The notes under the pieces were generated by a model. The model was not told the origin of the DNA. It did not search any database and saw nothing but the letters and a program-made list of their open reading frames with translations. From Pontiella sp. (GTDB taxonomy: Bacteria > Verrucomicrobiota > Kiritimatiellia > Kiritimatiellales > Pontiellaceae), in the NCBI GenBank assembly GCA_050290185.1, contig JBNKHE010000001.1:514713-578712 (forward strand): a stretch of 64,000 bases of DNA, read 5' to 3'. Shown here piece by piece: positions 29,627 through 40,060 of this stretch. Numbering within the stretch: position 1 is the first letter of the stretch; the number at the start of each line of letters is the position of its first letter. A program made the translations under genes and the position numbers.

Positions 29627-30778
29627 ATGAACAGCAAACTCATAAACGGTATCGTACTCGGTCTCGCTATGACTTCGACCGCGGCATTTGCCGCTGAAGC
29701 AGTGACCACCAGCACATCCACAGCTTCAACCATATCCAAAGAAGAAGTCGAACAACTGCCCGCAGTTGACAGAAACGATATTCTTGCTCGCCTCTCAGCG
29801 CTGGAAGCCCATTCCAAGAAATCCGAGTGGACGCAGAATGTCAAGATCAAGGCCGACCTGCGCTACCGCTATGAAAACATCAGCGTAGATGGAGACACCG
29901 CCGAAAACCGTCAGCGTATTCGCGTCCGGCTCGGCGCCTATGCCGACGTGAACGACTTCACCACAGCTGGCATCCGTATTCGCACCGGCGGCGGCGCCAA
30001 CTCGGGAAACCAGACTATCGGCGATAGCTTCGACAACAAGAACGTATATTTCGATCTGGCCTACATGACGATGCTGCTCAACGGCGGAGACTGCGGAGCC
30101 GTGACCCTCGGAAAAATGAAGTATCCGTGGAAGACGACGACCGACCTCATATGGGACAGTGACGTCAACCCCGAAGGCTTGGCCTATACCTACTCCACCC
30201 AACTAGACAACACCGGCCTCTTCGGTAGCGTTGGCGGATTCAAGGTGGTTGAAACCGGAGGCGCACACGACCTGAACCTCCTCAGCGCACAGATTGGCGG
30301 TACCCGGCCGCTGAACGACGACCTCAAGCTTACCGCGGGCGGATCGCTCTTTTACTACGGAAATGCCGATGATTTTGCCCCTGGAATCATTGATTACAAG
30401 ATTATCGAACTTTTCTCCGAAATTTCCTTCAAGGATGTGCTTCCGGTTCCGTTCAAGGTGTATGGCGATTACGTCAACAACGTGTTTGAAAGCGACGACA
30501 ATAACGGCATCTGCGTAGGGGTGAAATTCGGCGACACCAAGAAGGGCAAATGGGAAACCAAGCTCGGCTACCGTCGTTTGGAAGCCAATGCGGCTCCGGC
30601 CGATTTTGCTGATTCCGACTATGCCGGCGGCGGAACCGACGTAAAAGGATTCCGCGTGAAGGCGGCCTATAACATCGCCAAGCACCTGCAAGTGGGCGTC
30701 ACGGGAATTTCGGGCAAGGAAATCAGCACCGATACAGATGTAGACACCCTGCATCTCGACCTCATTGCCAAGTTCTGA
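29627..30778 (+). CDS. Putative outer-membrane porin
   Basis: Signal peptide; DLRYRYE, RQRIRVRLG, LIWDSDVNPEG; alternating beta strands; terminal F. Confidence 0.82.
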   Translation: MNSKLINGIVLGLAMTSTAAFAAEAVTTSTSTASTISKEEVEQLPAVDRNDILARLSALEAHSKKSEWTQNVKIKADLRYRYENISVDGDTAENRQRIRVRLGAYADVNDFTTAGIRIRTGGGANSGNQTIGDSFDNKNVYFDLAYMTMLLNGGDCGAVTLGKMKYPWKTTTDLIWDSDVNPEGLAYTYSTQLDNTGLFGSVGGFKVVETGGAHDLNLLSAQIGGTRPLNDDLKLTAGGSLFYYGNADDFAPGIIDYKIIELFSEISFKDVLPVPFKVYGDYVNNVFESDDNNGICVGVKFGDTKKGKWETKLGYRRLEANAAPADFADSDYAGGGTDVKGFRVKAAYNIAKHLQVGVTGISGKEISTDTDVDTLHLDLIAKF

Positions 30779-30798
30779 TCAACCTATGCAACGGCTTG

Positions 30799-30829
30799 AA
30801 AAAAGGCACCCTTCCGGGTGCCTTTTTTT
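30799..30829 (+). terminator. Intrinsic terminator
   Basis: AAAAAAGGCACCC-TTCC-GGGTGCCTTTTTT. Confidence 0.85.
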
Positions 30830-30847
30830 ATTCTCCCGGCCCGTTTT

Positions 30848-30885
30848 CTAACCGCTTCCTAATAATTCAAACACAATCAGCTAAC
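30848..30885 (+). promoter_or_regulatory. Candidate Pho box upstream of pstS
   Basis: CTAAC 30848, CTAAT 30859, CTAAC 30881 (offsets 0, +11, +33). Confidence 0.6.
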
Positions 30886-30957
30886 GGTTATGTTTCAGAT
30901 TCATTAGCGATTTAAGAAACCACTGTTAGCAAACCACACAACCAAGGAGAACACATT

Positions 30958-31773
30958 ATGAAGAAGATCATTGCCATTGCAGCAGTAGCTGCCGCCGTAG
31001 GAACTGCCTCGGCCCAACAGGAAATTGTCATTGACGGCTCGACCACCGTGGGCCCGATCGCCAAGGCCTTTGCCGAATACTTCAAAGCGGCCCATCCGGA
31101 AGTAAATGTAACCGTGTCCGAATCCGGTAGCGGCAATGGTGCCAAGAGCATCATGAACGGCACCTGCGACATCGCCGACATGTCCCGCCCCATGAAAGAA
31201 GGCGAATTCAAGGCCTGCGCCGAAAAGGGTATCACGCCGGTTGCCCACGTCGTCGCCCTCGACGGACTGCCGGTTCTGGTCCACCCCTCCAACCCCGTAC
31301 AGGATCTGACCGTCGAACAGGTACGCAAGATCTACATGGGTGAAATTACCAACTGGAAGGAAGTTGGCGGGCCCGACCTGGCGATCGTGGCAGTCTCGCG
31401 CGACACCAACAGTGGAACGTTCGAAACTTTTGAACATATGGTCATGAACTCGAAAAAGATGGCCAATACCGTCGAAACCGTAGGCTCCAACGGCGCAATC
31501 CGCCAGAAGATACAAAGCACTCCGGCGGCCATTGGCTACGCTGGACTCGGCTTTGTCGACAAGACCGTAAAGGCCCTGAAGGTCAACGGCATTTATCCCT
31601 CCGCCGAAACCGTACAGTCTGGCGAATATCCGATCGCCCGCCCGTTGTTCATGTACACGAACGGTTATCCTAAGCTGGGAACCCCCCTCTACCAGTTCAT
31701 AACCATCTATCTTTCTGAAGATGGCCAGGAAATGGTCGAGGAAATCGGTTTCGTCCCGGTTACCGCATACTAA
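30958..31773 (+). CDS. pstS: Phosphate ABC transporter substrate-binding protein
   Basis: IDGSTTV, SGSGNG, SRDTNSGT, YPIARPLF. Confidence 0.95.
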   Translation: MKKIIAIAAVAAAVGTASAQQEIVIDGSTTVGPIAKAFAEYFKAAHPEVNVTVSESGSGNGAKSIMNGTCDIADMSRPMKEGEFKACAEKGITPVAHVVALDGLPVLVHPSNPVQDLTVEQVRKIYMGEITNWKEVGGPDLAIVAVSRDTNSGTFETFEHMVMNSKKMANTVETVGSNGAIRQKIQSTPAAIGYAGLGFVDKTVKALKVNGIYPSAETVQSGEYPIARPLFMYTNGYPKLGTPLYQFITIYLSEDGQEMVEEIGFVPVTAY

Positions 31774-31793
31774 CCGTATGCGACGATTGACGA

Positions 31794-31824
31794 TAAAGGC
31801 GCGACCCCCGTGGTCGCGCCTTTA
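31794..31824 (+). terminator. Hairpin after pstS
   Basis: TAAAGGCGCGACC...GGTCGCGCCTTTA. Confidence 0.7.
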
Positions 31825-31891
31825 TGGTTTGCAGCTCCGTCTTCAGACGGCCGGGGAATAGCCACTAAAAGACGAAACAACGAACCCTTTC

Positions 31892-31918
31892 TTAACCTCG
31901 TGCTAATCCTATCCTAAC
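31892..31918 (+). promoter_or_regulatory. Candidate Pho box upstream of pstC
   Basis: TTAAC 31892, CTAAT 31903, CTAAC 31914. Confidence 0.6.
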
Positions 31919-31964
31919 AATTACAACTCACTATCCAGCCCGTCTTTAAGAGGTTTTTGTGCCT

Positions 31965-33110
31965 ATGAATGGAAAATCCAGCAGCAGTCTGATCATGAGT
32001 GATGCGGCCAGCATCCGCCAACGCATTGCCGAGCGGCTGGGCCAGGGTCTGCTGTTTCTGATTACATCGCTGTCTACTTTTGCGGTGTTTTTTATTTTCT
32101 ACTTTATCCTCAAAGACGCGATTCCTTTCTTCAAGCTCGAAGGCTTTAAGGAACTATTCACCGGCACGCACTGGTATCCCGCCGGAACTCCCGCCGACTT
32201 CGGAGCTCTCCCCTTGTTTATCGGCACCGGACTTGTAACCCTGGGTGCCGTCCTCGTAGCCGTTCCGCTGGGCGTCGCCGCAGCGGTCTGCCTGAGCGAC
32301 CTGCTCCCCTTCAGGCTCCGGCAGATTGTCAAACCCGTCATCGAAGTGCTGGCGGCCATCCCATCGGTGGCCTATGGATTTTTTGCCCTGGTCGTGTTCG
32401 CTCCCGCCTTGCAAAACCATGGAGGAGCCATCTTGTCGGCCGGAGCGTGGCTGATTCTCGGCCCGGTATCCGCCCTTTTGGTGGTCGTGGCCGGCGACCT
32501 GATCCTCGACAAACTAAGAAACCGGATCGGCAATGAAAAACTAGCCGGACCCCTGATATTCGCCCTCCTGGGGGCAACCGCTTATTTCATTATTCACCGG
32601 ATCGCCGGTCAGCTTGGAGGCATTGAAGTCAGTAGTGGAACCAATGCACTCAATGTATCGGTCATTCTGGGGATCATGGCGCTTCCTACCGTGGTCAGCG
32701 TTTCGGAGGACGCCCTTCAGGCGGCGGGCCGCGAGATTCGCGAGGGCTCCTATGCACTGGGCGCCACCCGCGCAGAAACGATTATGAAAGCCGTCATCCC
32801 CGCATCGGTCAGCGGTATTCTGGCGGGCGTTATTCTGGGAGTTATGCGCGCCATAGGCGAAACCATGGTCGTCTGGATGGCTTCCGGCAACGCTGCACGT
32901 ATTCCGGAGCCCTGGTATAATGTCCTGCAGCCCGTCCGTACGCTGACGGCAACGATTGCCGGAGACATGGGCGAAGCCGACCACGTGACCGGATCTGCGC
33001 GCTTCCACGTGCTCTTCGCCCTGGCGGCCTGCCTGCTCGCAACCTCTTTTATTATGAACCTCGCCAGCGAACTCATTGTTAAGCGCTCGCGCAAGAAACT
33101 GGGAAAATAA
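31965..33110 (+). CDS. pstC: Phosphate ABC permease
   Basis: LAAIPSVAYG, EGSYALGATR, RAIGETM. Confidence 0.93.
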   Translation: MNGKSSSSLIMSDAASIRQRIAERLGQGLLFLITSLSTFAVFFIFYFILKDAIPFFKLEGFKELFTGTHWYPAGTPADFGALPLFIGTGLVTLGAVLVAVPLGVAAAVCLSDLLPFRLRQIVKPVIEVLAAIPSVAYGFFALVVFAPALQNHGGAILSAGAWLILGPVSALLVVVAGDLILDKLRNRIGNEKLAGPLIFALLGATAYFIIHRIAGQLGGIEVSSGTNALNVSVILGIMALPTVVSVSEDALQAAGREIREGSYALGATRAETIMKAVIPASVSGILAGVILGVMRAIGETMVVWMASGNAARIPEPWYNVLQPVRTLTATIAGDMGEADHVTGSARFHVLFALAACLLATSFIMNLASELIVKRSRKKLGK

Positions 33111-33115
33111 AAATG

Positions 33116-33240
33116 AATTTTAGATTTCCGATTTTAGATTTCCAATTTTTTGAAGGGCTTCGCCCCAATCCATTGTTGCGACAGGACCGGCCAGTGCAGC
33201 CGTCCCGCAAATCGAAATTCACCATTCAAAAATCGAAACT
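33116..33240. repeat. Period-7 tandem inverted repeat between pstC and pstA
   Basis: AATTTTA-GATTTCC-GATTTTA-GATTTCC-AATTTTT facing AAATCGA-AATTCAC-CATTCAA-AAATCGA. Confidence 0.7.
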
Positions 33241-33246
33241 ATTCTG

Positions 33247-34593
33247 ATGCGACTCGAAACCAGAAAGCTTCTCGACAAGGCCTTTTCCGGCTTCGGCCTG
33301 ATTGCCATCGTCGTCATGGCCATGGCGCTTGTCATAATCCTCGCTCCTATTATATGGCGCGGGTCCAAGGCGTTTGTCTTCAAGGGAACCATTGAGCACC
33401 GCCGTGTCATGCTGGAACAGTTCGACCGCGGAAATTCCGAAGCCTTCAATAAGGAAATGAAGAAAGCCACCGCCGCCCGTGCGCCCGTCTATCAGATGAT
33501 GGCCGACTTCGAAGCCGAAATGAAGGAAATGCCACGCGCTGAACGGCGGGAATACAAAGGGGCCTATCGGGAAGTGGAAGATGCCATCAAAGTCCTGCTT
33601 GGTCCCGCTCCCGGCCAGCGCACTCCCGTACTGATCCGGCAACGATACGGACAGACACGCTGGGATCGCGCCCTGGTCAAACTCCATGAAACGCTCTATT
33701 CCGAAGAGTGGGACTATTCCAACCCCGATGCCATGGGCGTGCTGGTGGAAAAACCGCGTATCGATCAGTTCAAAGGCACCCGGCTGGAGCCCCTATTTCA
33801 ATATCTTGAGGAACATGTGGATGAAATGCTGCGCCCGAAAACCACGTTTTACTGGCAATTCATCACGGATACATCCCGCGACTCGCACATCTTCGGCGGG
33901 ATCTGGCCGGAGGTGCTGGGAACCATCTACCTGACACTAGGCGCCATGATCTTCGCTATTCCCATGGGCGTGATTGCCGCCATCTACCTGTGTGAATATT
34001 CCAAGGAAGGCCGGATCATCAGCTTCCTTCGCATCTGTATCAGTACGCTGGCCGGAGTACCGAGCATCGTATTCGGGCTGTTCGGCCTCGCCTTTTTCCT
34101 GAATACCATCCATGTATCCGACTCCAAAAGCGTATTGGCGGGTTCACTAACCCTTTCCCTGCTTATTCTGCCCACGATCATCCGCTCGTCCGAGGAGGCC
34201 ATCCTCGCGGTCCCCCGCAGTTACAAGGAAGCCGCCTTCGGCCTTGGTGCCGGACGCTGGCGCACGGTGTTGACCGTTATCCTGCCAGCCGCCCTCCCGG
34301 GCATTCTGACCGGCATTGTGATCAGCATGGGTCGCGCCGCCGGCGAAACCGCACCGATCATCTTTACCGCCGCGGTCAGCGTCGGGGCCCCGCTCAAACT
34401 ATGGGAAACCTTCAGCCAGCCGACTCCGGCCCTCCCCTGGAACATTTATAACCTGTGTACCGAACATGAAGCGGTGGACGAGATCCGCCACGTCCAATAT
34501 GGCATGGTTTTCACGCTGGTAGCCCTGGTACTGCTCCTGAACCTGATTGCCATCACCATGCGGGCACGCATTTCCAAGAAACTGAGAGGTTGA
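33247..34593 (+). CDS. pstA: Phosphate ABC permease with long periplasmic insertion
   Basis: [22 protein letters not shown]. Confidence 0.93.
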   Translation: MRLETRKLLDKAFSGFGLIAIVVMAMALVIILAPIIWRGSKAFVFKGTIEHRRVMLEQFDRGNSEAFNKEMKKATAARAPVYQMMADFEAEMKEMPRAERREYKGAYREVEDAIKVLLGPAPGQRTPVLIRQRYGQTRWDRALVKLHETLYSEEWDYSNPDAMGVLVEKPRIDQFKGTRLEPLFQYLEEHVDEMLRPKTTFYWQFITDTSRDSHIFGGIWPEVLGTIYLTLGAMIFAIPMGVIAAIYLCEYSKEGRIISFLRICISTLAGVPSIVFGLFGLAFFLNTIHVSDSKSVLAGSLTLSLLILPTIIRSSEEAILAVPRSYKEAAFGLGAGRWRTVLTVILPAALPGILTGIVISMGRAAGETAPIIFTAAVSVGAPLKLWETFSQPTPALPWNIYNLCTEHEAVDEIRHVQYGMVFTLVALVLLLNLIAITMRARISKKLRG

Positions 34594-34594
34594 T

Positions 34595-35416
34595 ATGAAC
34601 GACGAAATCACCCTGAGAAAATTCGACCAGTTTGCCGAACACGACGAGTCGGCCGAACCCTCGGAAATCCATATCCAAGCCAAGGAGTTCTCCCTCTTCT
34701 ACGGCGACTTCGAGGCCGTTCGCAAAGTGAGCATGAAAATTCCCAAGCGCAAGGTTACGGCCATGATCGGACCCAGCGGATGTGGTAAAAGTACGTTGCT
34801 GCGATCCATCAACCGCATGAACGACCTCATTCCCTCTACGCACGCTTCGGGCGAGATGATCTTCGACGGACATAACATCTACGATCGCAATATCGATGTC
34901 GTTACCCTCCGCTCACGGGTCGGCATGGTGTTCCAGAAGCCCAACGTCTTTCCGAAGTCCATCTTCGACAACGTCGCCTACGGTCCGCGCCTGCAAGGCG
35001 TCGGCAACAAGCAGCAGTTGGGCGAAATCGTCGAAACGAGTCTGCGCCAGGCCGCCATCTGGGACGAGGTGAAGGATCGACTGAACACCAACGCCCTCGG
35101 CATGTCGGGTGGCCAGCAGCAACGCCTTTGCATGGCCCGCGCCCTGGCCATCAAACCGGAAATCCTATTGATGGACGAGCCGACCTCCGCGCTCGACCCG
35201 AAGGCCACCGCCAAGATCGAAGACCTCATCGGCGAACTGCGCAAGGAATACACGATCATTATTGTGACCCACAATATGCAGCAGGCCGCACGCGTTTCCG
35301 ACCTTACCGCTTTCATGTACGAGGGGGTATTGGTAGAATCTGGAAAGACCAAACAGCTGTTCACCAATCCGGAAAACGTACAAACAGAAAACTATATTAC
35401 CGGCAGATTTGGATAG
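34595..35416 (+). CDS. pstB: Phosphate ABC ATPase
   Basis: [34 protein letters not shown]. Confidence 0.97.
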   Translation: MNDEITLRKFDQFAEHDESAEPSEIHIQAKEFSLFYGDFEAVRKVSMKIPKRKVTAMIGPSGCGKSTLLRSINRMNDLIPSTHASGEMIFDGHNIYDRNIDVVTLRSRVGMVFQKPNVFPKSIFDNVAYGPRLQGVGNKQQLGEIVETSLRQAAIWDEVKDRLNTNALGMSGGQQQRLCMARALAIKPEILLMDEPTSALDPKATAKIEDLIGELRKEYTIIIVTHNMQQAARVSDLTAFMYEGVLVESGKTKQLFTNPENVQTENYITGRFG

Positions 35417-35417
35417 A

Positions 35418-35480
35418 GAGAGACGTGACAAGTGAAACGTGAAACGTGAACCGGAAAATCACAAATCACGAAGCACGAAT
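35418..35480. repeat. Period-7 tandem inverted repeat between pstB and phoU
   Basis: GTGA at 35425, 35432, 35439, 35446, then TCAC 35459, TCAC 35466, GCAC 35473. Confidence 0.75.
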
Positions 35481-35500
35481 CCGTCTCCGAAGGAGACCGC

Positions 35501-36160
35501 ATGGCAAAGCATTTGGAAAAGGAACTGGATCGAATCAAGAAACTGATTTACACCCTCGGGGCCCGCGTTGATGAGAGCCTGGAGCTAGCGGTTAAATCCT
35601 TCCAGGAAAACGATACCGAACTGGCCAATAAGATTATCGACGGCGACCACGAAATCGACGATATGGAAGTCGAAGTCGAAGAAGAGTGCCTCAAGGCGCT
35701 TGCCCTCTATCAGCCGGTTGCCATCGATCTCCGTTTTATTGTCGCGGTCATGAAAATGAACAGCGACCTCGAACGCATCGGCGACCTGGCGGCCGACATT
35801 GCCAAGAACGGCATCTACATCAACAAGGCCGCCAAGCCAAAGATACCGCTCGATCTCCACCAGATGACCTATCTGGCCAAGGCGATTGTGCGCAAGAGTC
35901 TTGATTCGCTGTTGAACATCGATGCGTATCTGGCGCGCGAAGTCCTCAAGGACGACGAGGAAATCAATGCCATGAAGTCCGAAATGAAGACGGAAATTGT
36001 CGAAGCCCTTAAGCGCGATCCGGAACATGCCGAAACGATGATCACCCTGCTGGCGGTTACAAACCGGCTCGAACGCATCGGAGATCACGCCTGCAATCTG
36101 GCCGAAGACGTCATCTACATGGTTGAAGCCGACATTGTCCGGCACCAGGTCGACGAATAG
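35501..36160 (+). CDS. phoU: Phosphate signalling protein
   Basis: QPVAIDLR, DLERIGD, LERIGDHACNLAE. Confidence 0.96.
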   Translation: MAKHLEKELDRIKKLIYTLGARVDESLELAVKSFQENDTELANKIIDGDHEIDDMEVEVEEECLKALALYQPVAIDLRFIVAVMKMNSDLERIGDLAADIAKNGIYINKAAKPKIPLDLHQMTYLAKAIVRKSLDSLLNIDAYLAREVLKDDEEINAMKSEMKTEIVEALKRDPEHAETMITLLAVTNRLERIGDHACNLAEDVIYMVEADIVRHQVDE

Positions 36161-36162
36161 AA

Positions 36163-36191
36163 AACCCTGCAAAACACGTTTTGCAGGGTTC
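36163..36191 (+). terminator. Hairpin after phoU
   Basis: AACCCTGCAAAAC-AC-GTTTTGCAGGGTT. Confidence 0.7.
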
Positions 36192-36301
36192 GGTTCACGG
36201 TTATTGGTTGATGTTTGCCAGGACCGCTCGGATCCGTGCCGCAAAGCAATCCTTTCAGCCTATCAACCATCAACGGATCACTTTAGCCAGCCGGCGAAGC
36301 G

Positions 36302-37084
36302 TCAGCCGATAACGGCTTTCTGCATTGCGACCAGTTCCCCGATCCCCTTTTCCGCAAGCGTCATCATCTGAAGCAGTTCATCCTTGCTGAACGGAGCGCC
36401 CTCCGCCGTACCCTGAACTTCGATGATCTTGCCCGATTCGGTCATCACAAAATTGGCGTCGACCTCGGCCGAAGAATCCTCCAGATAGCAAAGATCCAGA
36501 ATGGGTATGCGTTTATTGATTCCGGCACTGATGGCCGCCAGCCCCTCGATCACGGGATCCTGTTTGATCAACCCCTCCTTCATGAGCCGGTCTACTGCCA
36601 GCTTCAGCGCCACATAGGCCCCGGTGATGGACGCAGTGCGGGTACCGCCATCGGCCTGGATCACATCACAGTCGAGATAGATCTGGCGCCGGCCCAGCTT
36701 TTCAAGGTCGACCACGGCACGCAACGAACGTCCGATCAAACGCTGAATCTCCATGGTGCGCCCGCCGATCTTGCCCTGCGTGGCCTCGCGCTTGGTGCGA
36801 TCCTGGGTCGCCCCGGGGAGCATGCTGTATTCCGCTGTAACCCACCCGCCGGGCACCTTTTGAAAGCGCATCCAGCCGGGCACATTCTCGTCCACACTGG
36901 CCGTACAGATGACGCGCGTATTCCCCATTTCCACCAAGACCGAGCCCTTGGCCGAGGTAATAAAATCCTTCGTGAATTTAACGCTTCGCAGTTCATCGGC
37001 CCTTCGTCCGTCGATCCGCTTTTCCGCATTGTTCACCACTGTATCGAGATTGATTCCGCCACTGAGATTAATTTCTTTCTTCAT
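36302..37084 (-). CDS. rph: Ribonuclease PH
   Basis: [39 protein letters not shown]. Confidence 0.96.
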   Translation of the reverse strand: MKKEINLSGGINLDTVVNNAEKRIDGRRADELRSVKFTKDFITSAKGSVLVEMGNTRVICTASVDENVPGWMRFQKVPGGWVTAEYSMLPGATQDRTKREATQGKIGGRTMEIQRLIGRSLRAVVDLEKLGRRQIYLDCDVIQADGGTRTASITGAYVALKLAVDRLMKEGLIKQDPVIEGLAAISAGINKRIPILDLCYLEDSSAEVDANFVMTESGKIIEVQGTAEGAPFSKDELLQMMTLAEKGIGELVAMQKAVIG

Positions 37085-37222
37085 AGTCCGCGCATGGTGG
37101 AGGAGAAGCTGTCCGAATGCAACGGGAAATGGAAATTCAGGCGTGAGGCGCGAGGAGCGGCCCCGGGTTTCCATCAATGGAATTCCACGAATCATTCGTT
37201 GTTTTTTCACTCTCAAATGGGT

Positions 37223-37250
37223 TTGACAATGTTCAATTTGTTGGTAGTTT
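37223..37250 (+). promoter_or_regulatory. Sigma70-like promoter of the rpmH operon
   Basis: TTGACA-N16-TAGTTT with extended TG. Confidence 0.6.
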
Positions 37251-37284
37251 AGCGTGCTTTTTAGAACACAAAGGGAATTTACCG

Positions 37285-37422
37285 ATGAAACGTACATACA
37301 ATCCTTCGAAGCTGAAGCGTGCCCGCAAGTGCGGATTCCGCAAACGTATGGCAACTGCAGATGGCCGTGCCATCCTTAAGCGTCGGCGTCAAAAGGGACG
37401 CAAGCGCCTTACTGCCGTTTAA
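37285..37422 (+). CDS. rpmH: 50S ribosomal protein L34
   Basis: [22 protein letters not shown]...GRKRL. Confidence 0.97.
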   Translation: MKRTYNPSKLKRARKCGFRKRMATADGRAILKRRRQKGRKRLTAV

Positions 37423-37435
37423 TTCAGGTTTTAAT

Positions 37436-37900
37436 ATGCCGAAGCCCCACCAGAGGGAGTCGGACCATTCCATCGACTCAAGCCCGCCATCCAGCGGGCT
37501 TGATCGTTGTTTATCCAAGCAGCAACGACTGACCCGGTCCTCACTTTTTTCCGAAACCTTTGCGCAAAACCGAAAATGGGTCGGACGCTACATGGTCCTT
37601 TGGCTGCGCAGCGGTGGAGACGCTTCACTGCGACTTGGTGTTATAACCAGCAAGAAAGTCCACCTGCGCGCAAACAAACGGAACCGCGCCCGCCGCAGGC
37701 TTCGCGAAGCCTACCGCAATCTGCGGCCCTACTTTACCGGCGACCTCGACGTCATACTGGTCGGACGCCGCGCCATCCTCCAGGCCGAATGGCCCGATAT
37801 TCTGCGCGAACTCCTGACGCTGGCCTCCCGGGCCGGCTTGATCTCCGCGGAAGCCTGCGAAATCGCCACCCATGAGTTTCATCTGAACGATGTGGATTAG
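37436..37900 (+). CDS. rnpA: RNase P protein component (start uncertain)
   Basis: [10 protein letters not shown]...[13 protein letters not shown] (RNR motif); synteny. Confidence 0.92.
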   Translation: MPKPHQRESDHSIDSSPPSSGLDRCLSKQQRLTRSSLFSETFAQNRKWVGRYMVLWLRSGGDASLRLGVITSKKVHLRANKRNRARRRLREAYRNLRPYFTGDLDVILVGRRAILQAEWPDILRELLTLASRAGLISAEACEIATHEFHLNDVD

Positions 37901-38138
37901 AGCCATTATTAAAATGCCTGCACGGGGAGCCGTTGTGCTGATCCGGCTGTATCAAAAAATGGTCAGCCCATGGATCGGACAGCGCTGCCGCTTCCACCCC
38001 AGCTGCTCACACTATTGCATTGATGCCCTGATCCAACATGGTATGGTTCACGGTCTTTGGCTGGGGATTAAAAGAATCTGCAAATGCCATCCGTTTCACC
38101 CGGGCGGATTCGACCCCGTCCCCAAGCGAAAACCATAG
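37890..38138 (+). CDS. yidD: Membrane protein insertion efficiency factor
   Basis: [25 protein letters not shown]. Confidence 0.95.
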   Translation: MWIRAIIKMPARGAVVLIRLYQKMVSPWIGQRCRFHPSCSHYCIDALIQHGMVHGLWLGIKRICKCHPFHPGGFDPVPKRKP

Positions 38139-38159
38139 ATTTACTGAAAAGAGATAGAG

Positions 38160-39917
38160 ATGAATAGAAAAGATTTAATTCCCATTATCCTGCTGGTCCT
38201 GCTGATTCCCTTGTGGATGCTTATCGATCGCACCTATCTGGCACCGAAATTCGCTTCGAAGCCGGTCCCTGTAGCCCAGACCAGTGCGGTGGCCCCCGAG
38301 GCGGACAATATGGGCACATCCGAACAGGCTGAGGCCTTCACCCAGGCGGAAACCGCGGTAGCGCAAACCATCCCCGAGGTTGTTGAACCGGAAGCTGACG
38401 AAGTAACCGCCATCCTGAAGAATGATAAAATAGAACTCGAGCTCACATCGCTGGGCGGCGGTATCAAGTCGGTTACCCTACTGGGTTATCCGGAGTTTAA
38501 CGAAGACGGCAGCCCGCCCGTATCATTGAACTTTTCCAATGCTCCGGCCTTCTCGTATCAGGGCCTGGAAGGACTCGAAGCCCGTAACGCACTACACCTT
38601 GAAGTCACCGCCAATGGAAGGAGCGCCACCCTTACCCGGAAACTGCCGGATGGTGTTTTTGAACGTACCGTCACGCTGGGCGACGACTACATGCTGAATG
38701 TAACAGACCGCTTCACGGCATCGTCAGCCAACTCCTGCCAGCTACCGGCCTTTCGTATCCTGACCGGACGCATGCAAAATCCAGCCGATATGAAGGCCCA
38801 GAAGGGTATAAGCCTCTTGGGCGTTGATAGCTATACCACCGATGGAGGCATCAACTACTGGGGACGCAAGCTGACCAAGCTTTACAAGAATGCAGACAAG
38901 CCCGAAAATCTGTACGCGGTACCGGAAGCTATGCAGGATGCCCCGGTCGACTGGGTTGCGGCAAAGAACAAATTCTTCACGCAGATTATCAGCCTGAAAG
39001 AGCCAATCGCAACCATGGCGATTTCCTCTTCACGCGATATGACCCAGAAGGGCATTGTTGCGCGGGACATCGCGGCAGCTTTAGTCTTCAAGCCGATCTC
39101 TATCCAGGCAGGCGATGCTTTGCAGCTCGATTACTCCTGCTTTATCGGGCCCAAACAGTATTCCATCCTTAAGGCCGCCGGAAACAATCTGGAAGGCGTT
39201 ATGGAATTCGAAACCATTGGTACCTTTTCATGGATGAACTGGCTGATGGAACCCTCACGCAAAGCTTTGCTTTGGACCCTGAACCTCTTCCATGGAATTT
39301 TTCATAACTATGGGGTAGCGATCATCTTGCTTACCCTGCTGGTTCGCATCCTGTTCTGGCCGCTTACCCACAAGAGCACGGAAAGCATGCGGCGCATGCA
39401 GGAGATTCAGCCGGAGATCAAGGCTCTGCAGGAAAAACATAAGAAGGATCCGCAGCGCCTGCAGCAGGAGACCATGAAGCTCTACAAAGAGAAGAAGGTC
39501 AACCCCATGGGCGGATGCCTGCCGATGTTCGTGCAGATCCCCGTATTCATTGCGCTCTTCACTGTTTTGCGCAATGCCATTGAGTTGCGCTATGCTGGTT
39601 TCCTCTGGATCGCAGACCTAAGCGCACCGGAAAACCTGTTCATGGGCAAGGTACCGGTGGTTGGGTCTCTCAACATTCTCCCGCTTCTAATGTCAGCCTC
39701 CATGATCTGGCAGCAAAAAATGAACTCCCCCTCGACAGCGGCGACTCCGGAACAGCAGCAACAGCAGAAAATGATGATGGTTATGATGCCGATCATGATG
39801 CTGTTCTTCTTCTACAGCATGCCATCAGGCCTGGTCCTATACTGGACTACCAGCAATCTGTTAATGATCGCGCAGACCGGCATCCGCAACCTCCGGAAGA
39901 AACTGAAAGAGACGTAG
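38160..39917 (+). CDS. yidC: Membrane protein insertase
   Basis: NYGVAII, VNPMGGCLP, WIADLS, GLVLYW. Confidence 0.96.
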   Translation: MNRKDLIPIILLVLLIPLWMLIDRTYLAPKFASKPVPVAQTSAVAPEADNMGTSEQAEAFTQAETAVAQTIPEVVEPEADEVTAILKNDKIELELTSLGGGIKSVTLLGYPEFNEDGSPPVSLNFSNAPAFSYQGLEGLEARNALHLEVTANGRSATLTRKLPDGVFERTVTLGDDYMLNVTDRFTASSANSCQLPAFRILTGRMQNPADMKAQKGISLLGVDSYTTDGGINYWGRKLTKLYKNADKPENLYAVPEAMQDAPVDWVAAKNKFFTQIISLKEPIATMAISSSRDMTQKGIVARDIAAALVFKPISIQAGDALQLDYSCFIGPKQYSILKAAGNNLEGVMEFETIGTFSWMNWLMEPSRKALLWTLNLFHGIFHNYGVAIILLTLLVRILFWPLTHKSTESMRRMQEIQPEIKALQEKHKKDPQRLQQETMKLYKEKKVNPMGGCLPMFVQIPVFIALFTVLRNAIELRYAGFLWIADLSAPENLFMGKVPVVGSLNILPLLMSASMIWQQKMNSPSTAATPEQQQQQKMMMVMMPIMMLFFFYSMPSGLVLYWTTSNLLMIAQTGIRNLRKKLKET

Positions 39918-39949
39918 TCTCTGGCGATTGATGGTTGCAGGAACTCAAT

Positions 39950-40040
39950 ATGAGGCGCGAACGGTCGGTGACCTTCGCGCCTTATCTGCTGGATGACAAA
40001 GGCGGGAAGGCTTCCAGCCGCTCCCGCCATGCAAAAAAAA
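39950..40040. terminator. Two hairpins between convergent yidC and rpoN
   Basis: ATGAGGCGCGAA...TTCGCGCCTTAT and GGCGGGA...TCCCGCC. Confidence 0.55.
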
Positions 40041-40060
40041 CGCCAACCGACAACGTACTA

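Noticed and set aside
35418..35480. Short repeats as a CRISPR array
   Set aside because: Units are 7 bp with no spacers, and no cas genes are present.
39922..39939. Sigma54-like TGGC...TTGCA
   Set aside because: GG-to-GC spacing is 12 rather than 10, and it lies between convergent genes.
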